Source: an uncultured virus (IMG/VR IMGVR_UViG_3300001518_000020)
Taxonomy: Duplodnaviria > Heunggongvirae > Uroviricota > Caudoviricetes
Length of the DNA stretch: 20,000 nt
Reading direction: 5' to 3' (one strand)
IMG/VR virus record: IMGVR_UViG_3300001518_000020
Shown here: positions 1 to 8,425 of the stretch, piece after piece
Layout: each line of letters opens with the position of its first letter
How positions within the stretch are numbered: position 1 is the stretch's first letter
Made by a program: the position numbers and the translations under genes
Notes under the pieces: model-generated
Told to the model about the DNA's origin: nothing
Database searches by the model: none
Seen by the model: the letters and a program-made list of their open reading frames with translations, nothing else

Positions 1-2
1 GA

Positions 3-3000
3 TTTTACATATTGTTCAATAGTTAATTCATGTTCTTCATTTTCTTCTAATACTTCATTATTATATACTAATTGTATATCATTAATTTTCTTAGTATTAA
101 GATTTACATTAATTAATGAAGTCAATACTGTGTTTTGTTTATCTCCAAGATGTACAAATACATATAATGTGATTTGAGTATTATCATTTTGAATATTTGG
201 TAAATATTTAATAATATATTTACCTAATTCGTTATCAAATTCAACATTAAGTTGTCCAAATTCATTATTACTAATAACTGTATTAGAATTAAATGAAGCT
301 TCAACACTAGTAATATCAACATTTATTGGTTTTTCAATATCAAAAGTTAATTTATATTGATATTCTTTAATTTCATCAATTGTTTGTGTTGTAATTACAG
401 GATCACCATTTGAATTTATAATTACAATATTATCTGAATTAGGTTTAACTAAGTTTTCAATATTAATTATTGTATTAGCAACTGATTGACCTGGAAGTAA
501 ACTATCTGTTACATTAATTTCAATTGATTTATTAGAAGTATCTGTATATTCATAAACATCTAATATAGCTGTACCGTTATCGTTTGTTAAATATGATTGA
601 GTAGCACCTTGATAAAATGTATTGAAATAAACATTATTAGTTTTATTCCAAACTGTCATTTTGTTATTAGCAGGATTAACAGATGCAGGAATAATATTAA
701 TAATACGTTCATTATTAATTGGGAAAATAGTTGCAGTTATTTTAACCTTTTGACCAGCTAAAACAGTATATGCTTCACCATCATAAACAGGTTCTTTACC
801 ATTATCATATCCTGTAACTGTTAAGAATACTGAACTATTACTATCAAAGTGGAATGCTGCGTCTGAACGGAATGTTGAATCTTCCCAAAGTTTCTTAACA
901 TCATTAAATTTAGAAGTTGTCATTTCTTCATAATTTTCTTGTGTTAAACCACCATTTGGATTATCTCCATAAAGTTTGATAATACCTTTATTAATAACGA
1001 AGTTTTCTACACCCATATTATTAAGACCAAAATCTCTCTTAATAGCATTTAATAAATCAAGTGACTTAATCTTCTTAGTAGCTGCAGAAACATTTGGATT
1101 TTCTTTAGGTATACTATCTAACCAAACATTAACATCTTCAGCTAAATCACCATCAATATTACCATAATATTGTTCAAGTTCAATTGTATTGAATGATAAT
1201 GAGCATGAATAATCAGACATTCTTACATCATATTTCTTAAGCATTATATACCAGTTAAGTATAAATTCAAATAGTTTATGTCCTTCAAATGCATTACCGC
1301 TAACATTTTCAATTTCAACTCTTGTTAATGCAACTGATGGAGTAAATCTAAATTCATCAACAGAAACACCATTTAATTTTAATGTTGAAACTGAACTTGG
1401 TAATGAAACTTCTTCTAACATAACACCTTTAGCAGGTATGAAACTATTAATAGAAGAACCATCAGCTAAGAATTTAGTAAGGTTACCTAATTGAGAAATA
1501 TCAATAGATTTCATTAATGAACATGTTCTAATATCTAATACTTTAAGTGTCTTTAATCTATCAATTTGAGATATACCTTGAACAGCACATCCAGGTATTT
1601 CTGAAATTGGTTTATCACCACCTAAAATAAGTTCTTCAATTAATGAACCTTTTTCAGGAGCCCAGCTACATGTAAGTACTTGTCCTAAACCATTACGATT
1701 AACACTAAAGTCAAGAACTTTAGCTTTATAAACACCATACATTTGCATTGGGTTACCAAGAATAAGAGTATCAACTGTTTCGAACATATGTTCTTGACCA
1801 GCTTCAAGTTCTACAAAGTTATTACCTAATATATTATTATTAGAAATAATTGAGTAATAGAATTTAGAACCAGCAACTATTCTTAAGAATGGTTGTTTAT
1901 TACTTGGAGAAGCTTCAAGACCCATATAGAAGTCTAAACGGTTTGTAGCATATTCACCAGCTGACCATTTAGAATCATAAAGATCGAAACGGTGTCTTAA
2001 CCACCAATCACGGTGTGATGCACGAGAACCTTGTAAGAATGGAAGATACTTAGTATTTTGATATGGATTATATGAAGCAGTACCTTCATTATCTATATCA
2101 TTATATGTTCCAATATACTTATACATTTCTGATTGGTTATAAAGTCTTTCTGACCATGTACCTGATTGTTTAACGTTAAACATATCAAGCGCAATATCAT
2201 AAGTAAGTACATTAGATGTTACCATTGCAGTAGCAGCCTTTTGAACTTTATCTAAGAAATCTGGATCTTGTTCAAGTGTATTCCAAAGAACTGAACCGAA
2301 ACCAGCGAATGCATAAGAACCAACTGATTCATCATATGTTTCACGAGTAACTTGCCAATCATATGCTAAGTAACCATCATTACGAACACCAAGTACAGTA
2401 TCATTATCATAGTTGATAAAGTAATAGTGTTTAGCATCTTCTGTTGTCATCATAGTATTCTTAATAACTTGGTCAACACCAGCAAATCTCATTAAGTATA
2501 CATAGTAACATGCTAATTTCCATACATCAAAGTGTTCATATTTTTGATCTTGGAAATATTCAAATTTAGTCTTTCCTTTGAATGAAGTACCTTTAGAAAC
2601 CTTTTCACCAGTACCTGTAACAATTGTTACTTCTTCACCCGATGCATAAGGTACTGTCTTACCCATTTCATCAACATATGTATAGTTATTACCATTCTTA
2701 GTTAAGTAAACTGTTACCCATGCATTTGGATGTATTTGTTCTCTTTCTGAATTCATACGTTTACCATCATAAGTAAATACACGACCAGTATATACTTCAT
2801 CCTTCATTGGAGTTGTATTAATTGTCTTTGTAACAATTGTACGATCAAATGTCTTATCAATATAATACCATTGTCTAATTTCATCAGTAGCATTTGGGTA
2901 CCAATCCATAGCTTCATATGAAATTTCATTTGGATCATCACTTTCTTCAATAATATATACGTATGGAGTACCTGAATTTAATACATCATAAATACGTTGA

Positions 3001-6000
3001 ATCATTAAATCTTGATTAGTTTCATTTTCACTATATAATGGTTCCATTGATCCAGTACTTGTAGCAGTAACTTGTGATGCATAAGTTTGACGATAATAAA
3101 CAATTAATTTACCTTTTTTATAAAGATTAGCTTTAGCAGCTTCTATATCCATTAATGTTGGTTTACCTGTATTATCATCATAAATTATAGCACCATCTGA
3201 ATCTGTAGCATAGAAATTAGCTGTCTTATCTTTTGGAGACATCATTGGAACAGAAAGATAAAGTGTTTTATTTGGTAATGAATTTAATATTGATTTATCT
3301 TCAAACCATTCTTGAGCTGTTAAATCATCAAGTTTAGTAAAATCGCTTAATTCATAACCATCTTTATCTTTACCTGGTTCACCAACACGAACACTTACAG
3401 CATCTTTACAGAAATTAACGAAACGAATAACTGTTTCTAAGTGATCTGTACGAGTATCATTTAAGTCATCATTATCTGGCCAACGAGCTTCATAAGTCTT
3501 AAAGATAGGACGATCTTCATTATTAGCTTCACCTGGTGTATAATCAACAGTAGAACCATCAACATTATCAGTTGTAGCATCATTCATTTGAGCTAAACGA
3601 GAACCGTTTTGAAGACATTCCCAACATTCTGTACGTTGATCATCATTACCAGCATTGAATAAAGTATTACCATCTTCGTCTTTAAGATCTTCAAATCCAA
3701 ATAAAGGAGTAGAACCTTTATCAGTCATAATGTTATAAAGACCTAAGAATACTGGATCACCATATTCTTCTGTAAATTGATTATTATCATTTTTGATACG
3801 AGGACGGTTAATAATAATAATTGGATAACCATCACAAGATGTTCGAATATCACCAAATACTAATTTTTGAGATACATTATTAATAGTAATTGTCTTATCT
3901 TTGTGAGATTCATCATATTCTTGCATAGCACGTTGAGCATTAGTAGCACCAGGTTTAGATGTCATGAATTTATTACCATCTACATCATATGTGAAACCTT
4001 CTGTACCAATTTCAACATCACGCATTACATCACCCCAAAGTCTACCAACACCAGCATTATGTGTCATAGAAGACTCTGCATAGTCACACTTAACAGTCCA
4101 TCTATCAGTGAATAAATCTTTTTGTTTATATCTTGCGTATGCACCTTGTACATAAATAGGTGCACCTTCATTTTCAGCTACAAATTTATTAAGATTCTTA
4201 ATCTTATTCTTACATGCTTGATCAGAGAAAATCTTAATACCAGAGTGAACAAACATTACAGCAGTATCATAAGAAATTTCTTGAGGATAATCTTTTAATG
4301 TTTTCTTGTTTCTTAATGGTTTATATTCAATACCATTAATTGTAAATGGTTCATCTGGATTTTGTTCTCCTGATTGGATTCTTGCAATTGCATCAGCATC
4401 TGTAAGACCCCACCAAACACGAGTTTCGTATTTATATCTATCAGCAGAAGCAAAACCTCTTAATGTGTTTGAATCGGCTGTTTTATTGAAATAAGGTCTA
4501 AAGTTACGACGTGGGTAGTTCATTGAAGAAGTACCTTGGTTAGACATCCAAGCATCACGAGCAAAATAGTTAAATTCTGGATGCATAGGATCTTGATAAA
4601 GAATATCAACAGGAACATTAGCTTTCTTATTGAATACTTGTACAATAGAGTCTGTAATATTACCATATATAGTCATAACAGGTATATGTAAATCAGAACT
4701 TAATATTTTACTAATATTAATTGTTTTACTACCTTCATTATATATATCGTTTCTTAAATAGTTTCCACGTACATCATTAGAATCTGCAATAAAATTATCA
4801 ACTTCTTCATCTAAAGTAAGTGCACGGCTATAAATTCTAATATCATGTATTTTTGTTGTTACTTTACCTTCAGTATTACCAATAGTAAATTGTGCATAAT
4901 CTTCACTTGTACCAATACAACTATCATTTATAGGGAATTGTGCTACACGATCAAGAATACCATTAACAACAATATACATTAAATAAGGACAATCAAGACC
5001 TTGAGTTTGTGTTTGATCTTGTCCATTATAGCTAAAGATAAATGCAATTTTTTGACGAGCACCATCTTTATAATTAGTATGAATATTCATACCACCATTA
5101 GATTGTAATGATGCTTCACAAGCTTTAATAGAAATACTAGCTCCATTAGGATCACCATATTGCATAATCAAAGCTTCATCGTCTTGTACATTTTCTGTTT
5201 CAAAATCAATTTCAAATGTTACACCTGTTTTATATAAACTAAATATATTTACAGGTATAGTAACAGTAGCATTATTATTAAGTACTAAACAATTATCAAT
5301 CCAACCATTTTGTGAATTCCATAATACATTATTAAATTCTGCTTCATAAACAACTGGTTTTGTACCAACCATTTTTTCATATTTCCAAGTAGCTCTTTCT
5401 TCAGCACCTTCGGAATTACTACGGTTAAGAGCAGAAAGTTCTAATTCTAATGATGTAGTTGTTTTTGTAATTTGTACACTAGATTCTTTAATATTAACAT
5501 CAATAGAAACAGTTTCACCATTATTAGCTGTGTTAATAATTTGAAGTTCTTTATTACCATAGTTTTGAGATGTATAAGTAAATGTAGAACCTGTACCTGA
5601 TGGAATTTCTGCTTGTGTAGTAAATTCAGGAGTAACTAAATTAGATTTATCATATAATTTAATATCTATAACAACTGCAGAACCATCAGCTGAGTTACCA
5701 CGACCAGATGTATCTAATACAACATAATCAGTAGCAAAACTTAAGTATTGTTCAGAATTAATAGAAATTCTTGAATTTTGTGGTAAAATTGATGGATCTT
5801 GTCCTTCTTTTACAATATTCGCAAATGCATTATTTTCATATGTTCTTTGGAAAAGAATATATGAACCATTAACCATACCAGTTCCTACAAGTACAAAATC
5901 ATAATAAAGAGTTTGTGATTTAATTATGTTTTCTGCACCATCTTGTATATAGAAATACATTTGAAGATTGTGCTTACCTGTAGTAGCCCATTCATATTTT

Positions 6001-6917
6001 GTTCCTTGTTCGTTTACAAATGGAATAATTACATCATATTGAGATGGATTGTTTGTACCAACAAATAAATCTAATGTTTGTTTATTATCACGATTATCAA
6101 TTAAATAAACTTGTTTACCATCTACAAACACACGTAACATTTTTGTACCAGCACCACTAGCTATAATATTTGTAGTAAAACTATCATCATCTAATGAAAT
6201 TCCTTGATATAAGCTATAATCACTTTGTGGATTACCAAAAGTTGAACTTAAACTTAAATTCAATACTCTATATTGATATGTTACAGTTGTAGAAACATTA
6301 TACATCAATGAAGTAATAGTGAAATTAATTGTATTAACACCTTCTGATAAATATTTACCAATTTCATCAAATTTATAATCAACACCTTTAGCAGGATCAC
6401 TTGGAATATCTACACGAATTGTAGGTAAAGTACGTGTTCCTGATACATTATTATTAATACTAATGTTAATGGTAGATTGACCAGCTTGTGGAGAATTAGA
6501 TTTGTCTTTTACAACATAATTAAAAGATATTTCTTGATTATCTTTATCTGATAATAATATTGTTTTTGAATATGCACCAGTTTTAGATACTTCAATAGTA
6601 GCAGGAGCAGGAGCATCAAATTGTGCTAAAATAAAACTAGTTCCTCCTTCAGGATTTGTGGCCCATAACGCAAAATTTTCTTTATCAGCAAATATTAAAT
6701 ATTGGTTTGTTGGTTTATGACTTGATACCTGAATACCGTTTTCGGTATCTTTATATTCAGAATCTTTATCATAATACATAAAACCAAATTTACTTTCTAA
6801 GCTTTCTTTAAGAAATTTTTGGATCTTTTCACCTGAAACTGGAAGACCATTTGTTGATTCGTCACCACCCCAGTTTACATATTTGTTAATATCCTTTTCG
6901 TAAAGCTTTGTAGCCAT
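3..6917 (-). CDS. Giant (>2305 aa, 3'-truncated by window) putative virion/tail-associated protein: beta-rich N-terminus, LamG/ConA-like domain, CotH kinase-like domain, leucine-rich repeats, beta-rich C-terminal part
   Basis: Not in the ORF track because no stop falls inside the window. Manual translation from ATG at 6917 (MATKLYEKDINKYVNWGGDEST...) stays open to base 3 (...ELTIEQYVK). LamG-like TFEIDFET...HDIRIYSRAL (~5320-4800). CotH-like motifs QGTSSMNYPRRNFR (~4500-4540), WTVKCDYAESS, FLGLYNIMTDK, DQVIKN, YDNDTVLG (~2390-2476). LRR-like LKTLKVLDIRTCSLMKSIDISQLGNLTKF (~1740-1320). The ORF is well supported; the domain calls are less so. Confidence 0.85.
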   Translation of the reverse strand, partial: MATKLYEKDINKYVNWGGDESTNGLPVSGEKIQKFLKESLESKFGFMYYDKDSEYKDTENGIQVSSHKPTNQYLIFADKENFALWATNPEGGTSFILAQFDAPAPATIEVSKTGAYSKTILLSDKDNQEISFNYVVKDKSNSPQAGQSTINISINNNVSGTRTLPTIRVDIPSDPAKGVDYKFDEIGKYLSEGVNTINFTITSLMYNVSTTVTYQYRVLNLSLSSTFGNPQSDYSLYQGISLDDDSFTTNIIASGAGTKMLRVFVDGKQVYLIDNRDNKQTLDLFVGTNNPSQYDVIIPFVNEQGTKYEWATTGKHNLQMYFYIQDGAENIIKSQTLYYDFVLVGTGMVNGSYILFQRTYENNAFANIVKEGQDPSILPQNSRISINSEQYLSFATDYVVLDTSGRGNSADGSAVVIDIKLYDKSNLVTPEFTTQAEIPSGTGSTFTYTSQNYGNKELQIINTANNGETVSIDVNIKESSVQITKTTTSLELELSALNRSNSEGAEERATWKYEKMVGTKPVVYEAEFNNVLWNSQNGWIDNCLVLNNNATVTIPVNIFSLYKTGVTFEIDFETENVQDDEALIMQYGDPNGASISIKACEASLQSNGGMNIHTNYKDGARQKIAFIFSYNGQDQTQTQGLDCPYLMYIVVNGILDRVAQFPINDSCIGTSEDYAQFTIGNTEGKVTTKIHDIRIYSRALTLDEEVDNFIADSNDVRGNYLRNDIYNEGSKTINISKILSSDLHIPVMTIYGNITDSIVQVFNKKANVPVDILYQDPMHPEFNYFARDAWMSNQGTSSMNYPRRNFRPYFNKTADSNTLRGFASADRYKYETRVWWGLTDADAIARIQSGEQNPDEPFTINGIEYKPLRNKKTLKDYPQEISYDTAVMFVHSGIKIFSDQACKNKIKNLNKFVAENEGAPIYVQGAYARYKQKDLFTDRWTVKCDYAESSMTHNAGVGRLWGDVMRDVEIGTEGFTYDVDGNKFMTSKPGATNAQRAMQEYDESHKDKTITINNVSQKLVFGDIRTSCDGYPIIIINRPRIKNDNNQFTEEYGDPVFLGLYNIMTDKGSTPLFGFEDLKDEDGNTLFNAGNDDQRTECWECLQNGSRLAQMNDATTDNVDGSTVDYTPGEANNEDRPIFKTYEARWPDNDDLNDTRTDHLETVIRFVNFCKDAVSVRVGEPGKDKDGYELSDFTKLDDLTAQEWFEDKSILNSLPNKTLYLSVPMMSPKDKTANFYATDSDGAIIYDDNTGKPTLMDIEAAKANLYKKGKLIVYYRQTYASQVTATSTGSMEPLYSENETNQDLMIQRIYDVLNSGTPYVYIIEESDDPNEISYEAMDWYPNATDEIRQWYYIDKTFDRTIVTKTINTTPMKDEVYTGRVFTYDGKRMNSEREQIHPNAWVTVYLTKNGNNYTYVDEMGKTVPYASGEEVTIVTGTGEKVSKGTSFKGKTKFEYFQDQKYEHFDVWKLACYYVYLMRFAGVDQVIKNTMMTTEDAKHYYFINYDNDTVLGVRNDGYLAYDWQVTRETYDESVGSYAFAGFGSVLWNTLEQDPDFLDKVQKAATAMVTSNVLTYDIALDMFNVKQSGTWSERLYNQSEMYKYIGTYNDIDNEGTASYNPYQNTKYLPFLQGSRASHRDWWLRHRFDLYDSKWSAGEYATNRLDFYMGLEASPSNKQPFLRIVAGSKFYYSIISNNNILGNNFVELEAGQEHMFETVDTLILGNPMQMYGVYKAKVLDFSVNRNGLGQVLTCSWAPEKGSLIEELILGGDKPISEIPGCAVQGISQIDRLKTLKVLDIRTCSLMKSIDISQLGNLTKFLADGSSINSFIPAKGVMLEEVSLPSSVSTLKLNGVSVDEFRFTPSVALTRVEIENVSGNAFEGHKLFEFILNWYIMLKKYDVRMSDYSCSLSFNTIELEQYYGNIDGDLAEDVNVWLDSIPKENPNVSAATKKIKSLDLLNAIKRDFGLNNMGVENFVINKGIIKLYGDNPNGGLTQENYEEMTTSKFNDVKKLWEDSTFRSDAAFHFDSNSSVFLTVTGYDNGKEPVYDGEAYTVLAGQKVKITATIFPINNERIINIIPASVNPANNKMTVWNKTNNVYFNTFYQGATQSYLTNDNGTAILDVYEYTDTSNKSIEINVTDSLLPGQSVANTIINIENLVKPNSDNIVIINSNGDPVITTQTIDEIKEYQYKLTFDIEKPINVDITSVEASFNSNTVISNNEFGQLNVEFDNELGKYIIKYLPNIQNDNTQITLYVFVHLGDKQNTVLTSLINVNLNTKKINDIQLVYNNEVLEENEEHELTIEQYVK

Positions 6918-6958
6918 ATAAATTTAATCTTTACTATATTTTTTTTATTTTATATAAT

Positions 6959-6968
6959 TAAAAATAAA
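6959..6968 (-). promoter_or_regulatory. Conserved TTTATTTTTA motif, putative late promoter element
   Basis: Exact 10-mer ~41 nt upstream of the giant ORF ATG; recurs before each structural gene. Confidence 0.5.
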
Positions 6969-7013
6969 ACTTATCAAAATAAATATACATAAATGTTTTA
7001 TTACAAAAACAAA

Positions 7014-7033
7014 AGGGATAGAAAACTATCCCT
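7014..7033 (-). terminator. Intrinsic terminator after tail tube paralog 2
   Basis: AGGGATAG-TTTT-CTATCCCT 8-bp stem followed by a T-rich tail (TTTGTTTTTG) on the minus strand, just after the stop at 7038. Confidence 0.8.
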
Positions 7034-7037
7034 ATAT

Positions 7038-7622
7038 TTATCCGATTGTTTCATCCCAATAATCTGCATGAAATGTAACTTGTAATGAACGAACATCTTG
7101 TGAAGTATAATCTAAAGATTCCATACCTTTAATATCTGTTACTACTACATTTTTTAATACAACTTGTCGCCAAACAGTACCATCACGATTTGCTTCTAGA
7201 ATAATCATTTTTCCATATGCTTGTTGAATCAATGATACAACACCTGTTGACATTGTATATATAAGATTTATCCATTCCTTAAATAACCTAAATACATAAA
7301 CATCATTTCTATTTCTTATGTTTAAGTTAAATAATATTGTATATTCAATTCCTGTATTATCTATAACAGGATTAAAAAATGATCTATCAACTCCTAAATA
7401 TTTTTGTTGATACATTTTTAATGAATTATTCAAATTATCTAATCCAGAAACAGAAACAACTTGTTGACTTAATATATTAAGCTCATCTTGATTATATTCT
7501 CCTTGCATAGATGGTGGAACACTGAATCCTACTAAAAATATAGATTGTTGTACAGGATCCCATTTATTCATACCAGCAGCAACATTCTTTATATGAGGTA
7601 AATGTGAAACTTGACTTGGCAT
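7038..7622 (-). CDS. Tail tube-like protein, paralog 2 (T4 gp19-like fold)
   Basis: 194 aa, clearly paralogous to 7722-8333 (SHLPHIKNV, LSQQVVS, EANRDGTVWR, LDY...VTF.ADYW); the C-terminal LDY...VTF..DYW pattern is typical of gp19-type tubes; lies downstream of the sheath. Confidence 0.75.
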   Translation of the reverse strand: MPSQVSHLPHIKNVAAGMNKWDPVQQSIFLVGFSVPPSMQGEYNQDELNILSQQVVSVSGLDNLNNSLKMYQQKYLGVDRSFFNPVIDNTGIEYTILFNLNIRNRNDVYVFRLFKEWINLIYTMSTGVVSLIQQAYGKMIILEANRDGTVWRQVVLKNVVVTDIKGMESLDYTSQDVRSLQVTFHADYWDETIG

Positions 7623-7644
7623 ATTAAATCTTTAATACTTTATA

Positions 7645-7654
7645 TAAAAATAAA
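7645..7654 (-). promoter_or_regulatory. Conserved TTTATTTTTA motif
   Basis: Exact 10-mer ~22 nt upstream of ATG 7622; overlaps the terminator tail. Confidence 0.4.
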
Positions 7655-7680
7655 AACCTGTAGATATCTCCACAGGTTTT
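7653..7680 (-). terminator. Intrinsic terminator after tail tube paralog 1
   Basis: Minus strand AAAACCTGTGGA-GATA-TCTACAGGTTTT (one G-U pair) followed by TATTTTT. Confidence 0.8.
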
Positions 7681-7721
7681 ATTATATTATTGCGTTGAAT
7701 ATTTTAAGCAGTAGTACCAAA

Positions 7722-8333
7722 TTAATCAACACCAATTTCATAATTATCGGTCTTTTCTTCCCAATAGTCTGCACGGAATGTAACAGTTAATTGACGAGCT
7801 TCTGAGTTAGAATAATCTAAACTATCAAGACCAGCTAATTGTGTAATAAATACATCTTTGAAAATAACTTCTCTCCATACAGTACCATCACGATTAGCTT
7901 CTGAAATGTGCATTGTATCACATGTATAATCCTTCTTTAATGTACGTTTACCATTACCAATATCATAACTAAGACGACCCCAAGCTTTGAATAAATTCAA
8001 TACATAAGCATCTGTAGTATTACGTAAGTTAAGGTTAAATACAATAGAGAATTCGGCAGTTGTTGCGTCAAGAGTTGGATTCAAGAACGATACATCTACA
8101 CCTAAGAACTTTTGAGAGTTAACACCAGCAATTTTTTGAAGTGCATCTAAACCAGAAATAGAAACAACTTGTTGTGAAAGTATTTCAAGTTCATCACCTG
8201 TAAAACCTTGATCAGCTAAAGCTGCAGGTACAGTAAATCCTACTTCGAATATTGATTGGTGCATTGGATCCCATTTTTCCATTCCAGCCTTTACATTCTT
8301 AATATGAGGTAAATGTGAAATTTGACTTGCCAT
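7722..8333 (-). CDS. Tail tube protein (T4 gp19-like), probable major tube
   Basis: 203 aa directly downstream of the sheath; LDYSNSEARQLTVTFRADYW C-terminal motif; codon choice resembles the MCP gene (CGT, GCT). Confidence 0.82.
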   Translation of the reverse strand: MASQISHLPHIKNVKAGMEKWDPMHQSIFEVGFTVPAALADQGFTGDELEILSQQVVSISGLDALQKIAGVNSQKFLGVDVSFLNPTLDATTAEFSIVFNLNLRNTTDAYVLNLFKAWGRLSYDIGNGKRTLKKDYTCDTMHISEANRDGTVWREVIFKDVFITQLAGLDSLDYSNSEARQLTVTFRADYWEEKTDNYEIGVD

Positions 8334-8370
8334 ATATTATTTATAAAATCAATATTTTTTGTATCTTTAA

Positions 8371-8380
8371 TAAAAATAAA
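8371..8380 (-). promoter_or_regulatory. Conserved TTTATTTTTA motif
   Basis: Exact 10-mer ~37 nt upstream of ATG 8333. Confidence 0.5.
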
Positions 8381-8389
8381 CTAAATTGG

Positions 8390-8419
8390 AATTTAGAAGG
8401 AGCGAACTCCTTCTAAATT
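8390..8419 (-). terminator. Hairpin/terminator after tail sheath
   Basis: AATTTAGAAGGAG-TTCG-CTCCTTCTAAATT, 13-bp perfect stem with UUCG loop; the U-tail is weak. Confidence 0.7.
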
Positions 8420-8425
8420 TTTATA

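Noticed and set aside
976..4494. Plus-strand ORFs 976-1167, 3867-4115, 4306-4494
   Set aside because: Antisense shadows of the giant minus-strand ORF with no recognisable protein features.
1..6917. Apparent 7-kb gene desert as non-coding DNA or a stop-codon-recoded region
   Set aside because: It is one open minus-strand frame lacking only an in-window stop; no in-frame TAG or TGA was found.
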